Positions 1 through 14,186 of a DNA stretch of 64,000 bases are shown one piece after another. The notes beneath the pieces are model-generated. The model saw nothing but the letters and a program-made list of their open reading frames with translations. It was not told the origin of the DNA and did not search any database. Source of the DNA: Octopus bimaculoides (Eukaryota). The number at the start of each line of letters is the position of its first letter. The first letter of the stretch is position 1. Both the position numbers and the translations under genes were made by a program. The DNA lies in contig NC_068985.1 in NCBI RefSeq assembly GCF_001194135.2, forward strand, positions 20,613,067 to 20,677,066. The letters are read 5' to 3'.

Positions 1-34
<34 letters not shown>

Positions 35-58
35 GTACATACATACATACATATATAT

Positions 59-388
59 CATCATCATCATCATTGTTTAACGTCCGCTTTCCATGCTAGC
101 ATGGGTTGGACGAAGGAGCCAGTCCAGCGGCACTGGCAATGATCTCGCTCGAATGATTTCTAACGTGCCACCGGCACAAGTACCAGTAAGGCGATGCTGG
201 TAACAATCACGCTCAAATGGTGCTATTTACGTGCCACTAGCATGGAAGCCAGAGAGCTGCTCTGGCAATGACCATGCTCGGACAGTGCTGTCAGTGTTCC
301 ACTGGCACAGGTGCCAGTCATCGAATATGGTTCAATTACAATTTCGTTTTCACTTGCCCCAACAGGTCTTCACAAGCAGAGTTTAGTG
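59..388 (-). mobile_element. Family A retroposon (RTE-type 3' end, (GAT)n tail), internally deleted copy with tandem subunits
   Basis: catcatcat-tgtttaacgtccgctttccatgctagcatgggttggacg end shared with many other copies; jumps directly into the gtgccaccggcac subunit array. Confidence 0.85.
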
Positions 389-485
389 TCCAATGTCCTG
401 TACCCAGATATGCACCTATACATACAGGTGGATGTCGGTATGCACATACCTGTACGTATATATGCATATACTCATTTACTATTTG

Positions 486-522
<37 letters not shown>

Positions 523-1464
523 NNNNNNNNNNNNNNNNNNNNNNNNNNNNNNNNNNNNNNNNNNNNNNNNNNNNNNNNNNNNNNNNNNNNNNNNNNNNNN
601 NNNNNNNNNNNNNNNNNNNNNNNNNNNNNNNNNNNNNNNNNNNNNNNNNNNNNNNNNNNNNNNNNNNNNNNNNNNNNNNNNNNNNNNNNNNNNNNNNNNN
701 NNNNNNNNNNNNNNNNNNNNNNNNNNNNNNNNNNNNNNNNNNNNNNNNNNNNNNNNNNNNNNNNNNNNNNNNNNNNNNNNNNNNNNNNNNNNNNNNNNNN
801 NNNNNNNNNNNNNNNNNNNNNNNNNNNNNNNNNNNNNNNNNNNNNNNNNNNNNNNNNNNNNNNNNNNNNNNNNNNNNNNNNNNNNNNNNNNNNNNNNNNN
901 NNNNNNNNNNNNNNNNNNNNNNNNNNNNNNNNNNNNNNNNNNNNNNNNNNNNNNNNNNNNNNNNNNNNNNNNNNNNNNNNNNNNNNNNNNNNNNNNNNNN
1001 NNNNNNNNNNNNNNNNNNNNNNNNNNNNNNNNNNNNNNNNNNNNNNNNNNNNNNNNNNNNNNNNNNNNNNNNNNNNNNNNNNNNNNNNNNNNNNNNNNNN
1101 NNNNNNNNNNNNNNNNNNNNNNNNNNNNNNNNNNNNNNNNNNNNNNNNNNNNNNNNNNNNNNNNNNNNNNNNNNNNNNNNNNNNNNNNNNNNNNNNNNNN
1201 NNNNNNNNNNNNNNNNNNNNNNNNNNNNNNNNNNNNNNNNNNNNNNNNNNNNNNNNNNNNNNNNNNNNNNNNNNNNNNNNNNNNNNNNNNNNNNNNNNNN
1301 NNNNNNNNNNNNNNNNNNNNNNNNNNNNNNNNNNNNNNNNNNNNNNNNNNNNNNNNNNNNNNNNNNNNNNNNNNNNNNNNNNNNNNNNNNNNNNNNNNNN
1401 NNNNNNNNNNNNNNNNNNNNNNNNNNNNNNNNNNNNNNNNNNNNNNNNNNNNNNNNNNNNNNNN
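523..1464. other. Assembly gap (largest of 8; others 3955-4029, 12995-13004, 34639-34763, 35238-35247, 39827-39889, 53242-53303, 63252-63287)
   Basis: Runs of N, mostly flanked by (TA)n/(CA)n. Confidence 1.
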
Positions 1465-1509
<45 letters not shown>

Positions 1510-1512
1510 GTA

Positions 1513-1544
<32 letters not shown>

Positions 1545-1559
1545 AATATATATATATGT

Positions 1560-1992
1560 ATGTATGTATATATACACATATATTTTCATGCATATATGTG
1601 TGTGTTTACGCAAGTTTGCATATATACGCTCACATATATCTATATGCACACATATATTTGTTCATATATATATATACACACACACTCACACTTACACATA
1701 TATACACATGCGAGTCAACTTTTTAATATACATATATATACATACACCTGCACACAAACACACAAACATATATGCATACATATGTATCTATATATATATA
1801 TATATATATAACACAACTCCACTATTTACTGACTTATTTATATATATATATATATACACGTATATTTTCATGCATGTATGTGCGTGTTTATGTAAGTTTG
1901 CATATATACGCTCACATATATGTATATGCACACATATATTTGTTCATATATATATGTATACACACACACACACACTTACACATATATACACT
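1560..1992. repeat. Diverged direct duplication of a ~150 bp TA/CA-rich unit
   Basis: tattttcatgcat...aagtttgcatatatacgctcacatata...cacttacacatatataca occurs at ~1580-1705 and ~1862-1990. Confidence 0.75.
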
Positions 1993-2057
1993 TAATATCA
2001 GTATTGATCGTTTTCTTTGAAGTTATACTATTAAAATGTCTTTTCAAAGCATACAAT

Positions 2058-2305
2058 CATTATCATCATCATCGTCATCGTTTTATGGTCCACTTTTCCA
2101 TGCTTCCATTGGTCAGACAGAATTCATTAAGACAGGTTTACTACAGTCAGATGGCCTTCCTGTCACCAGCTTCCACCTATCTTCCAAGCAAGGTAATATT
2201 TCCCCTTTGTTGGGTGTGTTTTCATGGAAGGCTGGAAATGAGGACTCTACTTATATGACAGTGACATTCATTATATAACTTTTACACAATGCCAAGACAA
2301 ACATG
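2058..2305 (-). mobile_element. Family A2 retroposon ((GAT)n tail, different body); other copies ~20300-20540(-), ~34240-34520(-), ~57410-57655(+), ~60520-60745(-)
   Basis: Shared caagcaaggtaatatttcccc...atgacagtgacact...caagacaaggagac body with the family-A-like tail. Confidence 0.7.
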
Positions 2306-3240
2306 CATATACATTTATATTCACATACATACATACATACATTCATACATACATACATACAAACATACATACATACATACATTCATACATGATGTCTGCC
2401 CCCTCATTATCGAGTATGGCCATTGCACAAAGCTTAACTTAACGGTGCTGTGATCGAATGTGACTTTTTAGCCCAGCCAAAGATCTATAATGTCTTGCAC
2501 ATACATACATACATACATACACTACGAGTTTCTTTCATTTGATTTTTCTACTAAATCCACTCATGAGGTTTTGATTAGCCTAACGCTGTATAGTAAATGA
2601 CATTTGCTCAAGGTGCCATACAGTGGGACTGAACACTAAAACACATGAGTGGGAGGCAAATTTCTTAACCACACAGCCACACACTCTATGGCAACATTGC
2701 AGCTGGTTTAAGGTGTGCACCCCTTGGCTGGGTGTATTTTCAGGATTAGCCTCATTGATATTACCAATGATTCTTTATTTTCAATAATGATGATTATCTG
2801 TGATATTGACAAGGGAACAAGATGATATGAAAGAAAATAGAGAAGAAATTAAAAGAGTTACAGAATTATGAGCATTTCTATGGCATAGAATGATACAAAA
2901 TATATCTAGGCTGTTGATGATAAAACAATATTTACTTGTTTATGATTTTTATCCGAAATTTTCCAAATGAAAACTCATTTTTAAATTCAAAGGCTAAAAT
3001 ATTGGTGGTAGAATGAAGAATTTCATCTATCTTTAAGAGCCATCTAAAGATATCAGTTTGTTTAGTGCTAAATGTTTATAAACACTTTCCTTTGAACAAG
3101 TTTTTCTATCATCTATTTTCATAGCTGCAGAGTTTCTATTCACCATTCCTTTTTGATCTGTATTTAACATTAAATATCATTTTTAAAATATTCAAGTATA
3201 AAATGTGAGTGATATTTGTTAACTCTTTTTCTGATATTGT

Positions 3241-3302
<62 letters not shown>

Positions 3303-3761
3303 CATACTTATCACCACAAGCTGAAAGATTTCAGTTGCTATTTCTGATGTACTATTGAAATGAACAATAATAAGATATGGTTGCTAATTTATAAGGCTGA
3401 AGATTTATCCTCCAGCCACCTCCAAACATTTCTTATTGCAATCTAATCAGTTGTATACTGTTGCAATTTACAAAGAAACTTTGTGAAGGTCAAGGTGGTG
3501 TCCCAGCATGGCTGCACTCTAATGACTGAAACAGGTTAAAGATAAAAGATACAAAATTTAAAATTCTTTCTAGGAAATTGTATTGAGTTATGGCATTCAT
3601 GGCATGGTACCTTGGGAAAGTGTCTTCTATTGTAGACTGGGCTAATAATGCCTCGTGAATGAATTTGGTAGATAGAAACTGTGTTGAAGTCTTGTGTAAA
3701 TATATATACATATGTATATAGGTATGTGTGTATGCGTGTGTGTGTGTGTGTGTATATATGT

Positions 3762-3920
3762 AGGCACAGGAGTGGCTGTGTGGTAAGTAGCTTGCTTACC
3801 AACTACATGGTTCCAGGCTCAGTTCCAGTGTGTGGCACCTTGTGTGTTTTCTACTATACCTATGGGCGAACCAAAACCTTGTGAGTGATTTTGGTAGACA
3901 GAAACTGAAAGAAGCCCACC

Positions 3921-3954
<34 letters not shown>

Positions 3955-4140
3955 NNNNNNNNNNNNNNNNNNNNNNNNNNNNNNNNNNNNNNNNNNNNNN
4001 NNNNNNNNNNNNNNNNNNNNNNNNNNNNNAAGTACTAGGCTTACAAAGAATAAGTCCTGGGGTTGATTTGCTTGACCAAAGGTGGTGCTCCAGCATGGCC
4101 GCAGTCAAATGGCTAAAACAAATAAAAGAATAAAATAATG
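3762..4140 (+). mobile_element. Family B tRNA-derived SINE with internal microsatellite
   Basis: Head ggagtggctgtgtggtaagtagcttgct...ggctcagttcc (A/B-box-like), caccttg...gtagacagaaactgaaagaagccc, (TA)n/gap, tail aaggtggtgctccagcatggccgcagtc...aaaagaataaaa. Confidence 0.9.
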
Positions 4141-4205
4141 GTGCATCAGCATGGCCGCAGCTTTAAGCTGAAACTTTAAAAATAAAAAAAAAATATACAT
4201 ATATG

Positions 4206-4283
<78 letters not shown>

Positions 4284-6409
4284 CATATATTTAGAACGCG
4301 CTTCATATATAAATATATATGTTTGTGTGTGTCTGTGAGTGTTTGTAACCAGTACCCCACCACTTGACAATCAATAGTGTTGGTTTGTTTACATCCCCAG
4401 AACTTAGCAGTTTGGCAAAAAAAGGATTCTGATTTTAGTTAACAACAATAACCCTGCTTTTGATCTTAAACATAAATCATACATATTATCAATGAAACGA
4501 GAATGATCAAAGAAACTAAAGATGGTCTGCATGAACAACTGCAAACACCTATGCAATAAGAAGTGAATACTAATAGTTTTGACTGGGTACATCTTTGGAA
4601 GAGAAATAAGAAAACTATTTCATGTAAGAGCTACTCTTTGAGGAAGAAATATGTGAAAGTTTAGCTCTTTACCTTCTCCCATTACACATGTGTATTTGCA
4701 TGCATATATAGGCATTGTTTTTTCTGTGTCTGTAAATATATTTTGCTAGGCTGGTTTCACCTTTATCTTCTTCCTTTCTCTCTTCTTCTTTCTGTTTCTT
4801 CTATTCTTTTTTCCTTTCTTCTTCTGTTCTAGAAATTATCCTTCATTTTCTTTCCCTCGCCCTTGATTTCATTCTGACTCCTCTCCCTCATTTAACCCTT
4901 ATTTTTGCTAACCCCACTATTTGAACTGCATTTGCTAATCTTGTGTTGATGGGGGAAACCAAACTTATTGTAATGTCTTCATGTGACTGGCCACTGGTTA
5001 CATACCCATAACGTTTTTCACATTTCATCCACAAATTATAATTATTATGATTATCATGTAACTCCAGGCTTCCTGAAACAGCTGCTGAGTTAAGAAATTA
5101 CATATTTTCTTCATATATATCTATAACAAGCCTGTGTTTAACTCCAGTACTACTTCCATATCAGCTCAGTTTGGATTTCTCTTACAGCCATTCTTGATGG
5201 TACAATCCTGTTGAGCACTGCTATGTGTTTTCTATACTGAACATACCCAGCTTTTCCATATTGTCTGTATCATTTTATATGTGCATATGTGGGTGATAAA
5301 AATTCTTCTAATTTTTCACTTTCTGCCTTTTGTTTACCCCCCCCACACACACACACACACATACATACAACACTGCTTTTATGTTTTCTGAAGACCTTCT
5401 ACCTCAATCCATGCTGCTCCACCATCTACTTGCACTCTCTTCACTACAATCATTAACCTTATTCACAACTACCCAACACTCTTCTAATGATAATTAATAG
5501 CATGTTGGTAGAGTTCTCTTGCTTTTAGTCTTACTACTATTAAAATATTTACATATATTGAGTTCTTACATGATCGCAAGGCCTGAAATGTGAGTGGGGG
5601 AACAAAAGTCTTACTACTTGTAGCACATTCAATACTGAGAAAATTTTCCTAGAAATAGAAATATTCTGCACAAATTTTATCTACACTTGCTTATGAACGT
5701 ATCTTACTTTAAATATTGTCAATAAACATATATCCAATGACAGAGAGAGATGAATTGTAGAAAATTAGAATGGATGAAAAAAAACTATTTCACAGACCCC
5801 TTATTCATGTAAAACATGCAAAATTAGCTGTCAAAATTAATTAGGTTGATGTGAAACAAAGACAGAAAAAAGCGTGCAAATAAAAGATATTAATTAGTGT
5901 TGTTGAAAATGTAAAACAGATAAAACTCAAAATCTCCTTAAAGGCAGATCTAAAACTGTCCACAATTAACTTCATCTCATATAAAATGTTCATAGTTTGC
6001 TTCATCTAATATAAACAAATCAGTTATGTGTGTAAATGAAGAAATGATTACCTTATCATTTTAATTAAAATAACACGCAATGTCATTTTTTCCCTTATAA
6101 TGGAATTACATGTGAAAAATTTTAAAATCGTAGGAAAAATGAGCCTTTTAGGATTAGGGAAAAACTAATTGATACATTCTTTTAATGAGAAGTCACTTGG
6201 TTTAAACCCACAAATGTTAAAGTAACTTATTTGATATACAAAGACAATTCTTCACTAGAAGTTATTTGTTATGCCAGGGTATAAATACTTTGTATAGATT
6301 TCATTAATGTTTGGCAATCACACAGTATTTTGTTTTGCAACCATAATATATTTTTTAAGTACATTACAGGTTTATAGCTTAATACTATATTTCAATTTGT
6401 GTTAGCAGT

Positions 6410-6800
6410 GCGATATTTTCACTTTGAAGTTTATCTTTCATCTTTTACTTGGTTCAGACTGCAACCATGCTGGGGCACTGGCTTGAGGAATTTTTACTCA
6501 AATGAATCAACCCCCAGAACTTCTGTTTTTTTAAGCCTGGTACTTATTCTATTGTTCTTAGCGGTTTGGCTAAGTTATGAGGACATAGACCACACCAACA
6601 CTGGTTGTCAAGTAGTCATGGGAGACAAATATTGAGACAAACACACACATGCACACATATATATACAATGGGCTTCTTTCAGTTTCCATTAACAAAATCT
6701 ACTCACAAGACTTTGGTCAGCCCGGGGCTATAGTAGAAGACATTTGCCCAAGGTGCCACATGCAATGGTACTGAGTCTGGTTGGGAAGCAAGTTTCCTGT
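6410..6800 (-). mobile_element. Family B SINE (further copies/fragments: 2520-2690-, 12380-12510+, 26730-26880+, 28320-28470-, 32170-32310-, 54620-54770-, 57240-57400+, 63685-63830-)
   Basis: Reverse complement of family B head, middle and tail motifs. Confidence 0.85.
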
Positions 6801-7079
6801 GCCTGTGCCTGTATAGATTTTCTATGCAATTCAAATCCAACACTATACAGATAAACTTTAAAATGTGTATAGATTAGTTGAATTGACCCTCCAAAAACAG
6901 CACCAAAGTTCCGAGACAGGGATGTACTCAAGCCATCACATCAAGATTTTTGTAAATCTAGGTTATACTACAAATTTAACAATTACTAACTGCTGTAAAA
7001 ATGTCTACAGTATAGTGTTTTTCTCTAAAACATAATAGTAAAGATGAAATGTATTTGGAGAATAAAATATTGAACTACG

Positions 7080-7484
7080 AAACTCAGCTTGCGAAGACCT
7101 GTTGGGGCAAGCGAAAGCGAAATTGTGATGGTACCTGTGCCCAGCATCGCCTTTCTGGCACTTGTGCCGGTGACACATGTAAAGACATTCGAGCAAGATC
7201 GTTGCCAGTGCCGCTGGACTGGCACTTGTGTAGGTGGCATGTAAAATACACCATTTTGAGCGTGGCCGTTGCCAGTACCGCCTGACTGGCCTTCGTGCTG
7301 GTGGCACGTAAAAGCACCCACTACACTGTCAGAGTGGTTGGCGTTAGGAAGGGTATCCAGCTGTAGAAACTTTGCCAAATCAGATTGGAGCCTGGTGTAG
7401 CCATCTGGTTCACCAGTCCTCAGTCAAATCGTCCAACCCATGCTAGCATGGAAAGCGGACGTTAAACGATGATGATGATGATGA
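7080..7484 (+). mobile_element. Family A retroposon, long copy
   Basis: Subunit array, then ggttggcgttaggaagggtatccagctgtagaaac...cgtccaacccatgctagcatggaaagcggacgttaaac(gat)n. Confidence 0.9.
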
Positions 7485-8163
7485 GCATGTAAATTGTAAG
7501 TTTGAATATGCTTCTTCTTCTTGTTGATGCATAATCCCTAGCCTGATCTGACTGAATAAGGTTTTTTCAGTCAGAAACTTATGATCAAAGACCTTCTAGC
7601 CATGACAATCACATTCTTTTAAGATGTTAGAGTATGATCTGAGGGAAATTTGGGTGTTATATATAACAGGTCAATCAATCATGTAGAAGTTCCTTTGGTT
7701 TACTTTCTTTGGGGGTTTCTAGGGGAATAGTTATCTCAGTTCCCATAGTTGTTGGGAATAAGTGCCAAATTTTCTGTGACAAAGCCAACAAAACGTCAAG
7801 CAGTTATATTTCTTTATGAGATATGATATGGTGGCAAAGATTACATAAAATATTATCTCTAGGAAGTACTATTCAGGTAGAAAGACGAAATATACTGATA
7901 AACTTGGCCTATATCCACATTGCTATAAATAAAGAATATACAGATAACATTTCAGCCATCATTACAATAGTTCTGATATTGTTTTCGGAGAGTAAAGAAC
8001 AAAAACATCAAAAACATTATATTCCATTGTAAAAGTTATATACTAAAAATTCTAAATAACTCATCTGAATTTATACACACACACATCACACATATATACA
8101 CACATGCATGTGCGCGCACACTTCACACACATACACATGCACAGACACATGCACAAACACACT

Positions 8164-8199
<36 letters not shown>

Positions 8200-9764
8200 T
8201 GAGTTATTAATAAGAAGTTATATCTTCTATATTCCATATATATTTATCAGTTCATAACAAAAGAATTCTATATATAAATAAAAAATATTTGTAAGATAAT
8301 TTCAAAATTTTCAATTTGGATCTAACTCATTTTCTATCTCTAATCATCTATCACACTATTTTCACTCAGTGCACTTCCTGTTCTGTCTCATATTCACGTT
8401 GTACCTAAACCTCACATCTCTTTCTGTTTCTTTCTCTCTCTCTTACTCTGCAGGTGACCAAGCCATGTTTTCACCTCTTCAGCAACACACCTACTCCTCT
8501 AATTCTATCATAGTTTTTCCAATATATATCCTGCTCAGTTGAGGGGTCTTATCATGAGGGTATTCTGTGACCTCACACGTGCTGGTGCCACATAAAAAGC
8601 ATTAAGTGCTTGGCATTAGAAAGAGCATCCAGCTGTAGAAACCATGCTGATGCAGACATAGAACTTGGCCCGTCCAACCCATACCAGCTTGGAAAAAAGG
8701 GCATTAGATGATAGTGGCAGCAGCAGTGGCATTTTCCTTGCCCTCTGAAAATAATATCAGGGCTAAGTGGTGGTGATAACCTGGGCAATGGATTGAATCT
8801 GTCACTCGAGATTGAAGAGAGAACTAAGTCACAGTTGAAAGTGCTAAGGGTTGCAAACCTCTGACTAAGAAAACCAGTCAAGTTGGCTGTTCCAACAACC
8901 AACACTAGCTCCATACCTATAACTACCATAGATACTACTAATAAAACTACCAGATGTATGAAGCACATCTTTATTATCTCAGTAACCAACTAGCATAATT
9001 ATCACTGTCATAAGTACCCTGACATCAGTATCATCACTAGACCCACGCCACCACCCAATGTTTGTCATTATAACATCTATTTTCAATATTGTTTAACCCT
9101 CAACAGCAGTGATAGCAACAATAAATAACCCCAGAAATATCAAAGGTATTATATTAGGATAATTGTCTTTAACAATCTATAGAGATAAAAGATATTCAAA
9201 TTCCCCTGAATTGTAAGTTATCATAGTGTTGTTTCTGACAGTTACAGTGTGATTATTTCACTTTGATCAGATAATCAGGAATTGACAAATCCAATGTTTT
9301 CCTTTCGTGTCTAATGAGATTTTTCATTTGCTTTGTTGAGCAAGAAATGAAAACTACTCTTTTCATTGTTATTGCTGAAAAAGTAGCTATCTTTCCAATA
9401 TTAACAGGTAACGATTACACATTTCATATTAAGTGTTATAGGAGCATTATTACAGTATCTCCTATTTTATTACCCAACACAATATATTATTGTTATATAA
9501 TTATTGTTATTCAGCAGCACATGATATAGTTTCCTTATACTGATATATTGCACAACAGCAGCTATAGAGGATCATCTTATCATCTGTTTTTACCATTGTG
9601 ACTATTATAACTATGTTTGTGTGTTGTTCTATGTTGTCACTCTATTTCCTCTCTATACTATTGCTATATAACCAATATAGTTTATTTTATGCTATAAAGT
9701 TATGCAGCACCACACAATTATCTCTCTATGATTATATTAAAAGAGTAAGAAATAAAAGGTAAAG

Positions 9765-10082
9765 ATTCCCTTCAGTCATGAATGATCATGGGATTGCATC
9801 TAGAAAGTCACCCCTTGAGGCACAAGTCTGGGCAAAGTTGTTTATGAAAGATCAGCAGTCACCCATGCATGCCAGCCTCCCTTCTCCACACCGCCGATGT
9901 TATCCAAGGGAAAGGCAAAGGTGAATATAGCTTGGCATCACAACTCATGTCTACAGCTGAGTGAACTGGAGCAGTGTGAAATAAAGTGTCTTGCTCAAGA
10001 ACACAACACACAGCCCAGTCTGGGAATCATACTCACTACCTTGTGATTGTGAGATCAATGTTCTAACCACTGAGCCATTGTA
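9765..10082 (-). mobile_element. Family E tRNA-derived SINE (other copies ~10346-10495+ partial, ~24830-25068-, ~25205-25345+)
   Basis: Minus strand head tggctcagtggttagaac...gagtatgattccc and ttgagcaagacactttatttcac...gctccagttcactcagctg core. Confidence 0.8.
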
Positions 10083-11039
10083 TTCATATACTTGACCATC
10101 ATCATAAAATCAAATATGTTTTATGAATGTATTTTCTGTTTTATATGATAATACAATTTTATATAATTCCAATTGTTTCCTGTTCAAAATTAAATATATA
10201 CATAGAAGAAATCTACATCAAGTGTAGAATTCTTCTATATAGAGACATAAGAATCCAATTGTATAGCAAGGTGGAAATTGTTGTCTATCTTAGTACTACT
10301 TATATTGTTGGCTTTAGCTGGTTTAAAACTCACCAAAATTCAGACTGGAGAAGAGGAGGCTGGCATGCATGGGTGACTGCTGGTCTTTCATAAACAACTT
10401 TGCCCAGACTTGTGCCTCGGGGGGGGGGGGGTGACTTTCTAGATGCAATCCCATGATCATTCATAACTGAAGGGGATCTTTACCCTTTACTTCTTACTCT
10501 TTTAATATAATCATACAGATATATAATTGCATGGTGCTACATAACTAGATTAAAGCATAAAATAGACTAAGTTGAACTAATGAGGGAAGCTTTACATGGC
10601 TTCAGACTTCAATTTTATACCAATGTTAAGGCAGATTAATTGTTTCAACTTTTAGGTTATAAACTAATTAGATATTTGTAAATATTTTTCATTTTTAGTC
10701 ATTTATTTATTTATTTGTAAACTTTCTTATGTTTACAATAAAAGCAGGATAATGGTAGCAATTCTTATAATTCTGATAACGCTTGCAATAGCCTTCCTAT
10801 TGAGAAAGATGAAAGATTTATGCCCAGACTATATTTGAAAATTAAAAATATAAACCAAGAAATGCCCAGAGTAGACACTTTCTCATAAATAGATTTTTGA
10901 CAATTGCAGAAAACACTGACAATTATAAATAATAATAATAACATTGGCAACAGTTTTAATATTGAGAACATCACCAAAACCTAATTTAATGAGGAGAATA
11001 CTGTTTTTACCAAAAGGACTTGGACTTTGTATTTTAGCA

Positions 11040-11345
11040 GTTTCTCCACCACCATTCTGGGCAATGTTTGGGTCAGAGAGATTGCAATGTCTATTAATAT
11101 GTAAGATTTTTATTTCCAGTGCTGGTGGTTCATCTTGAGTTCCTTTCTAACTTCGATAGACATGTCCCAGATGATTATGGCTAGGTCATTGTCATGTACC
11201 ATGTTTGGTACATGTTTATACCACTTCTTGTCCAATTTCATGTAGAAATGTTGGTGTACTGCCCAGTCAACATAGCTGACAACTTAATCATATATATTCA
11301 GACTGGGCAACCAGAGATGATGTGATCAAGCATCCCCTTGTATTA
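11040..11345 (-). mobile_element. Degenerate R4/Dong-like non-LTR retrotransposon, restriction-like endonuclease region (possible further piece ~11900-12040)
   Basis: Minus translation WAVHQHF...KKWYKHVPNMVHDNDLAIIIWDMSIE...ILIDIAIS...EKLLKYK resembles the WY.H.P..V.EN...ILWD..I / LIDIAIP / EKL.KY motifs; stops present. Confidence 0.6.
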
Positions 11346-12746
11346 GTTACATATTCTACCCTTAATATTAGTAAAATATTTCCCTATTTCATTTTTGTAG
11401 TTGTTTAGGGTGAGGACTTGAGCTAGTGCTGCTAGAATCAGGCCCTTGCTTTCTATTTTGATCCCAATGCAATCAAATAATTATGGGCTTTTGCTCTGGC
11501 TTACTGTTGAATCTTCTAGAATATTGATTATAAAGTTTTTCTCTTCATTTTTTCCAGTATATTTTTGAACTCAATTTCAATTTTGAATTTGAATTTTTGT
11601 AAACGTTTCAGTTGTTTTATCGTTACCTAAATCTTCTATTGATTAGTTTTATTTCATTGTAGTTGGTTTCCAATGTACAGCTTCTTTATATGAGGAGAAA
11701 AAAATTCTTTTTCTTCATGTTTCCATCTTACACTTATCAGTCTCCCTTTTTTTCTAAATATTCTTTTAGTCCTTCTTTTGTTATTTTATAGTAATTTTCT
11801 AGTTATATCATATCAAACTCCATTACTACCAACATTTTGTGCAGGGTGTAGATATTTTGTCTATATCAGCTTTGTACTAGCAACTTCAGAATATTATCAG
11901 TCAAGTCTTAGTTTTCTGCTTAAGTTCTTCAATCTTTCCTGCAGGTATTGATTGACAAAAGTTTATGAGGAACCTTAATAGCTTCAATCCCATCTGTGTT
12001 GGAGATCATGGGCACTAACAATTCTGGACTCAGCAAGTAAAAAAAAAAGGGCTAAGATTAAATACTGCCTTATATTTATTCATGCATTCAATATTTTGCT
12101 ATAGAGTCTATTTATTTGAAACTTTATGGTAGCTTTCCCCAGCTGTTATCTCTATCTTTCAATATATTGAAGGTCAGGTAACATATTTGATTATCCTCAA
12201 TTTAAAAAAAGAATTATAATATGGAGCAGCTAATAAAATTGATTAACAAAATAAAACAAAAAACAGCTATTAAAACTAGGTACAGGTTATTTCAAATGGT
12301 TATGGTAGTCCTTTGAAATTTTATTAGTAAAAAGACTTAAATGAACATAACTAATATTAAATACAATTTGCAGCACAGTAGCAAAGTTTGCTTCCAGGTT
12401 CAGTCCCACTGTGTGACACCTTGGACAAGTGTTTTCTGCTATAGCCTCAAACAGACCGAAGCCTTGAGAGTGGATTTGGTAGATAGGAACTGAAAGAAGC
12501 CTGTCATATATATGTATATGTAAGTTGACAGAATGAGATAAAAAAAAATCTAAGACTGTAAATAGTTTTCAGAACATTTATAAAGAAAACGTCTTACAGC
12601 TGTTTCGGGATATTTTATATATCCCTTCGTCAGAGATGGTGCGAGAAAATGTTTAAGTATTAATTATTGTAGAGAAGATATGAAATAGAGAGGGAAGTAA
12701 GCGAATGAAAGCAGAAGTGAGATACATAAGGATATTGTATTTGCAG

Positions 12747-12806
12747 TTCCATTATTCAAGTAGAATGGTGTATATAAGTGGTGAAGAAGTTTCTTGTACC
12801 TGGTGT
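12747..12806 (+). other. Candidate 60-nt exon (FHYSSRMVYISGEEVSCTWC), product unknown
   Basis: gtatttgcag acceptor, TGT|GTGAGT donor, open phase 0-0; no recognised homology, may be chance. Confidence 0.2.
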
Positions 12807-12955
12807 GTGAGTTCCAATGGTAGTTATGTTTGGTCATTCCAAGCATAGAGTCTTGTAAACAGTGATGCTCGATCAAGGGTTTTTTTTTTTTTGCAAATAC
12901 AGTATCCTTATGTCAAATGACTGAAACAAGTAAAAGAATAAAAGAATATATACAT

Positions 12956-12994
<39 letters not shown>

Positions 12995-13211
12995 NNNNNN
13001 NNNNCATTATTCAAGTAGAATGGTGTATATAAGTGGTGAAGAAGTTTCTTGTACCTGGTGTGTGAGTTCCAATGGTAGTTATGTTTGGTCATTCCAAGCA
13101 TAGAGTCTTGTAAACAGTGATGCTCGATCAAGGGTTTTTTTTTTTTTTGCAAATACAGTATCCTTATGTCAAATGACTGAAACAAGTAAAAGAATAAAAG
13201 AATATATACAT

Positions 13212-13254
<43 letters not shown>

Positions 13255-14186
13255 CATAGTCTGTAATATTACCATAACAATCACCTATTTCAAACTTCTC
13301 ATTCTTTAAACCCTGAATTAAACATTTTGGCTAAAAGAACTCTTGTTTTTTTATTATTTATTCTCATCTTAAAACTAAATATAGTTTAACCTTCAAAATA
13401 ATTAACCCATCCCAAAATATAAACATCATTGTTATGACTAGCCTGTCTCTGCCAGTTAAGAAATTAAATAAAAAGTGAAGAGTAAGGTTCAATCTTAATT
13501 ATCTGTAAAGATTTAATATCACTTCTCACTTTAGTATCTGTTAATGAAATAGTGCAGTTATGCATAAAATAAAATAAGAATTCTCCCAAAATACATAAAC
13601 ATTGACTATAGCTATATCCTGTTTGATAATTGTAAACTGATGAAAAGAAAAAATATTTTGTGACTGGATGCCAAGAAAATTGAGCATGGGCTGTTTCTAA
13701 CAGTGTTCACCCTATTGTCTTTAACCTTTAAGATATAAAACGCTTGCAAGCCACACTGCAGCTACTGTTGGTTCTAAAAGAGCTTATCATTAGTTAATTT
13801 ATCACAGAGGTTTTCTTCAACAGATAATGATTCTCTTTATATTCATAAAACAATTACTGATGATAGAACTGTTATAAAATAGCAATGTATATTTTGTTTC
13901 CATTATCTCAATATATCTCCTTCCATGCAAGATTTTAATGTTTTCAACACTTGGATAATTTCTTGAGGAAGAAAGTGTTTTTGTTTGATGTCAGTAAAAC
14001 CAACAAATTCTATAAAATAATAGCTATAGAAAAAGCACTTTTTCTTTTCTTTAATGCAATGGGAGTAACTAGTGCAAGGGGTTAATAACTGCTCTTTGTA
14101 TTCATATCTAACATCATGTGTTTTATATGTAATCTGTAATTTGGTAATATAATCCCTCTTCATTTGTTTCCTGCACTTATTTTTAG

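Noticed and set aside
268-1811. Six 366-472 aa ORFs
   Set aside because: They span the 942-N gap and (TA)n; artefacts
4480-4560. Minus-strand exon-like segment (CLQLFMQTIFSFFDHSRFIDN)
   Set aside because: Opposite strand to the better candidates, moderate signals, no homology; likely chance
8411-8460. Pyrimidine tract-CAG|GTGACC, a second AG|GT site
   Set aside because: Weak donor and the tract is largely a (CT)n microsatellite; no downstream donor
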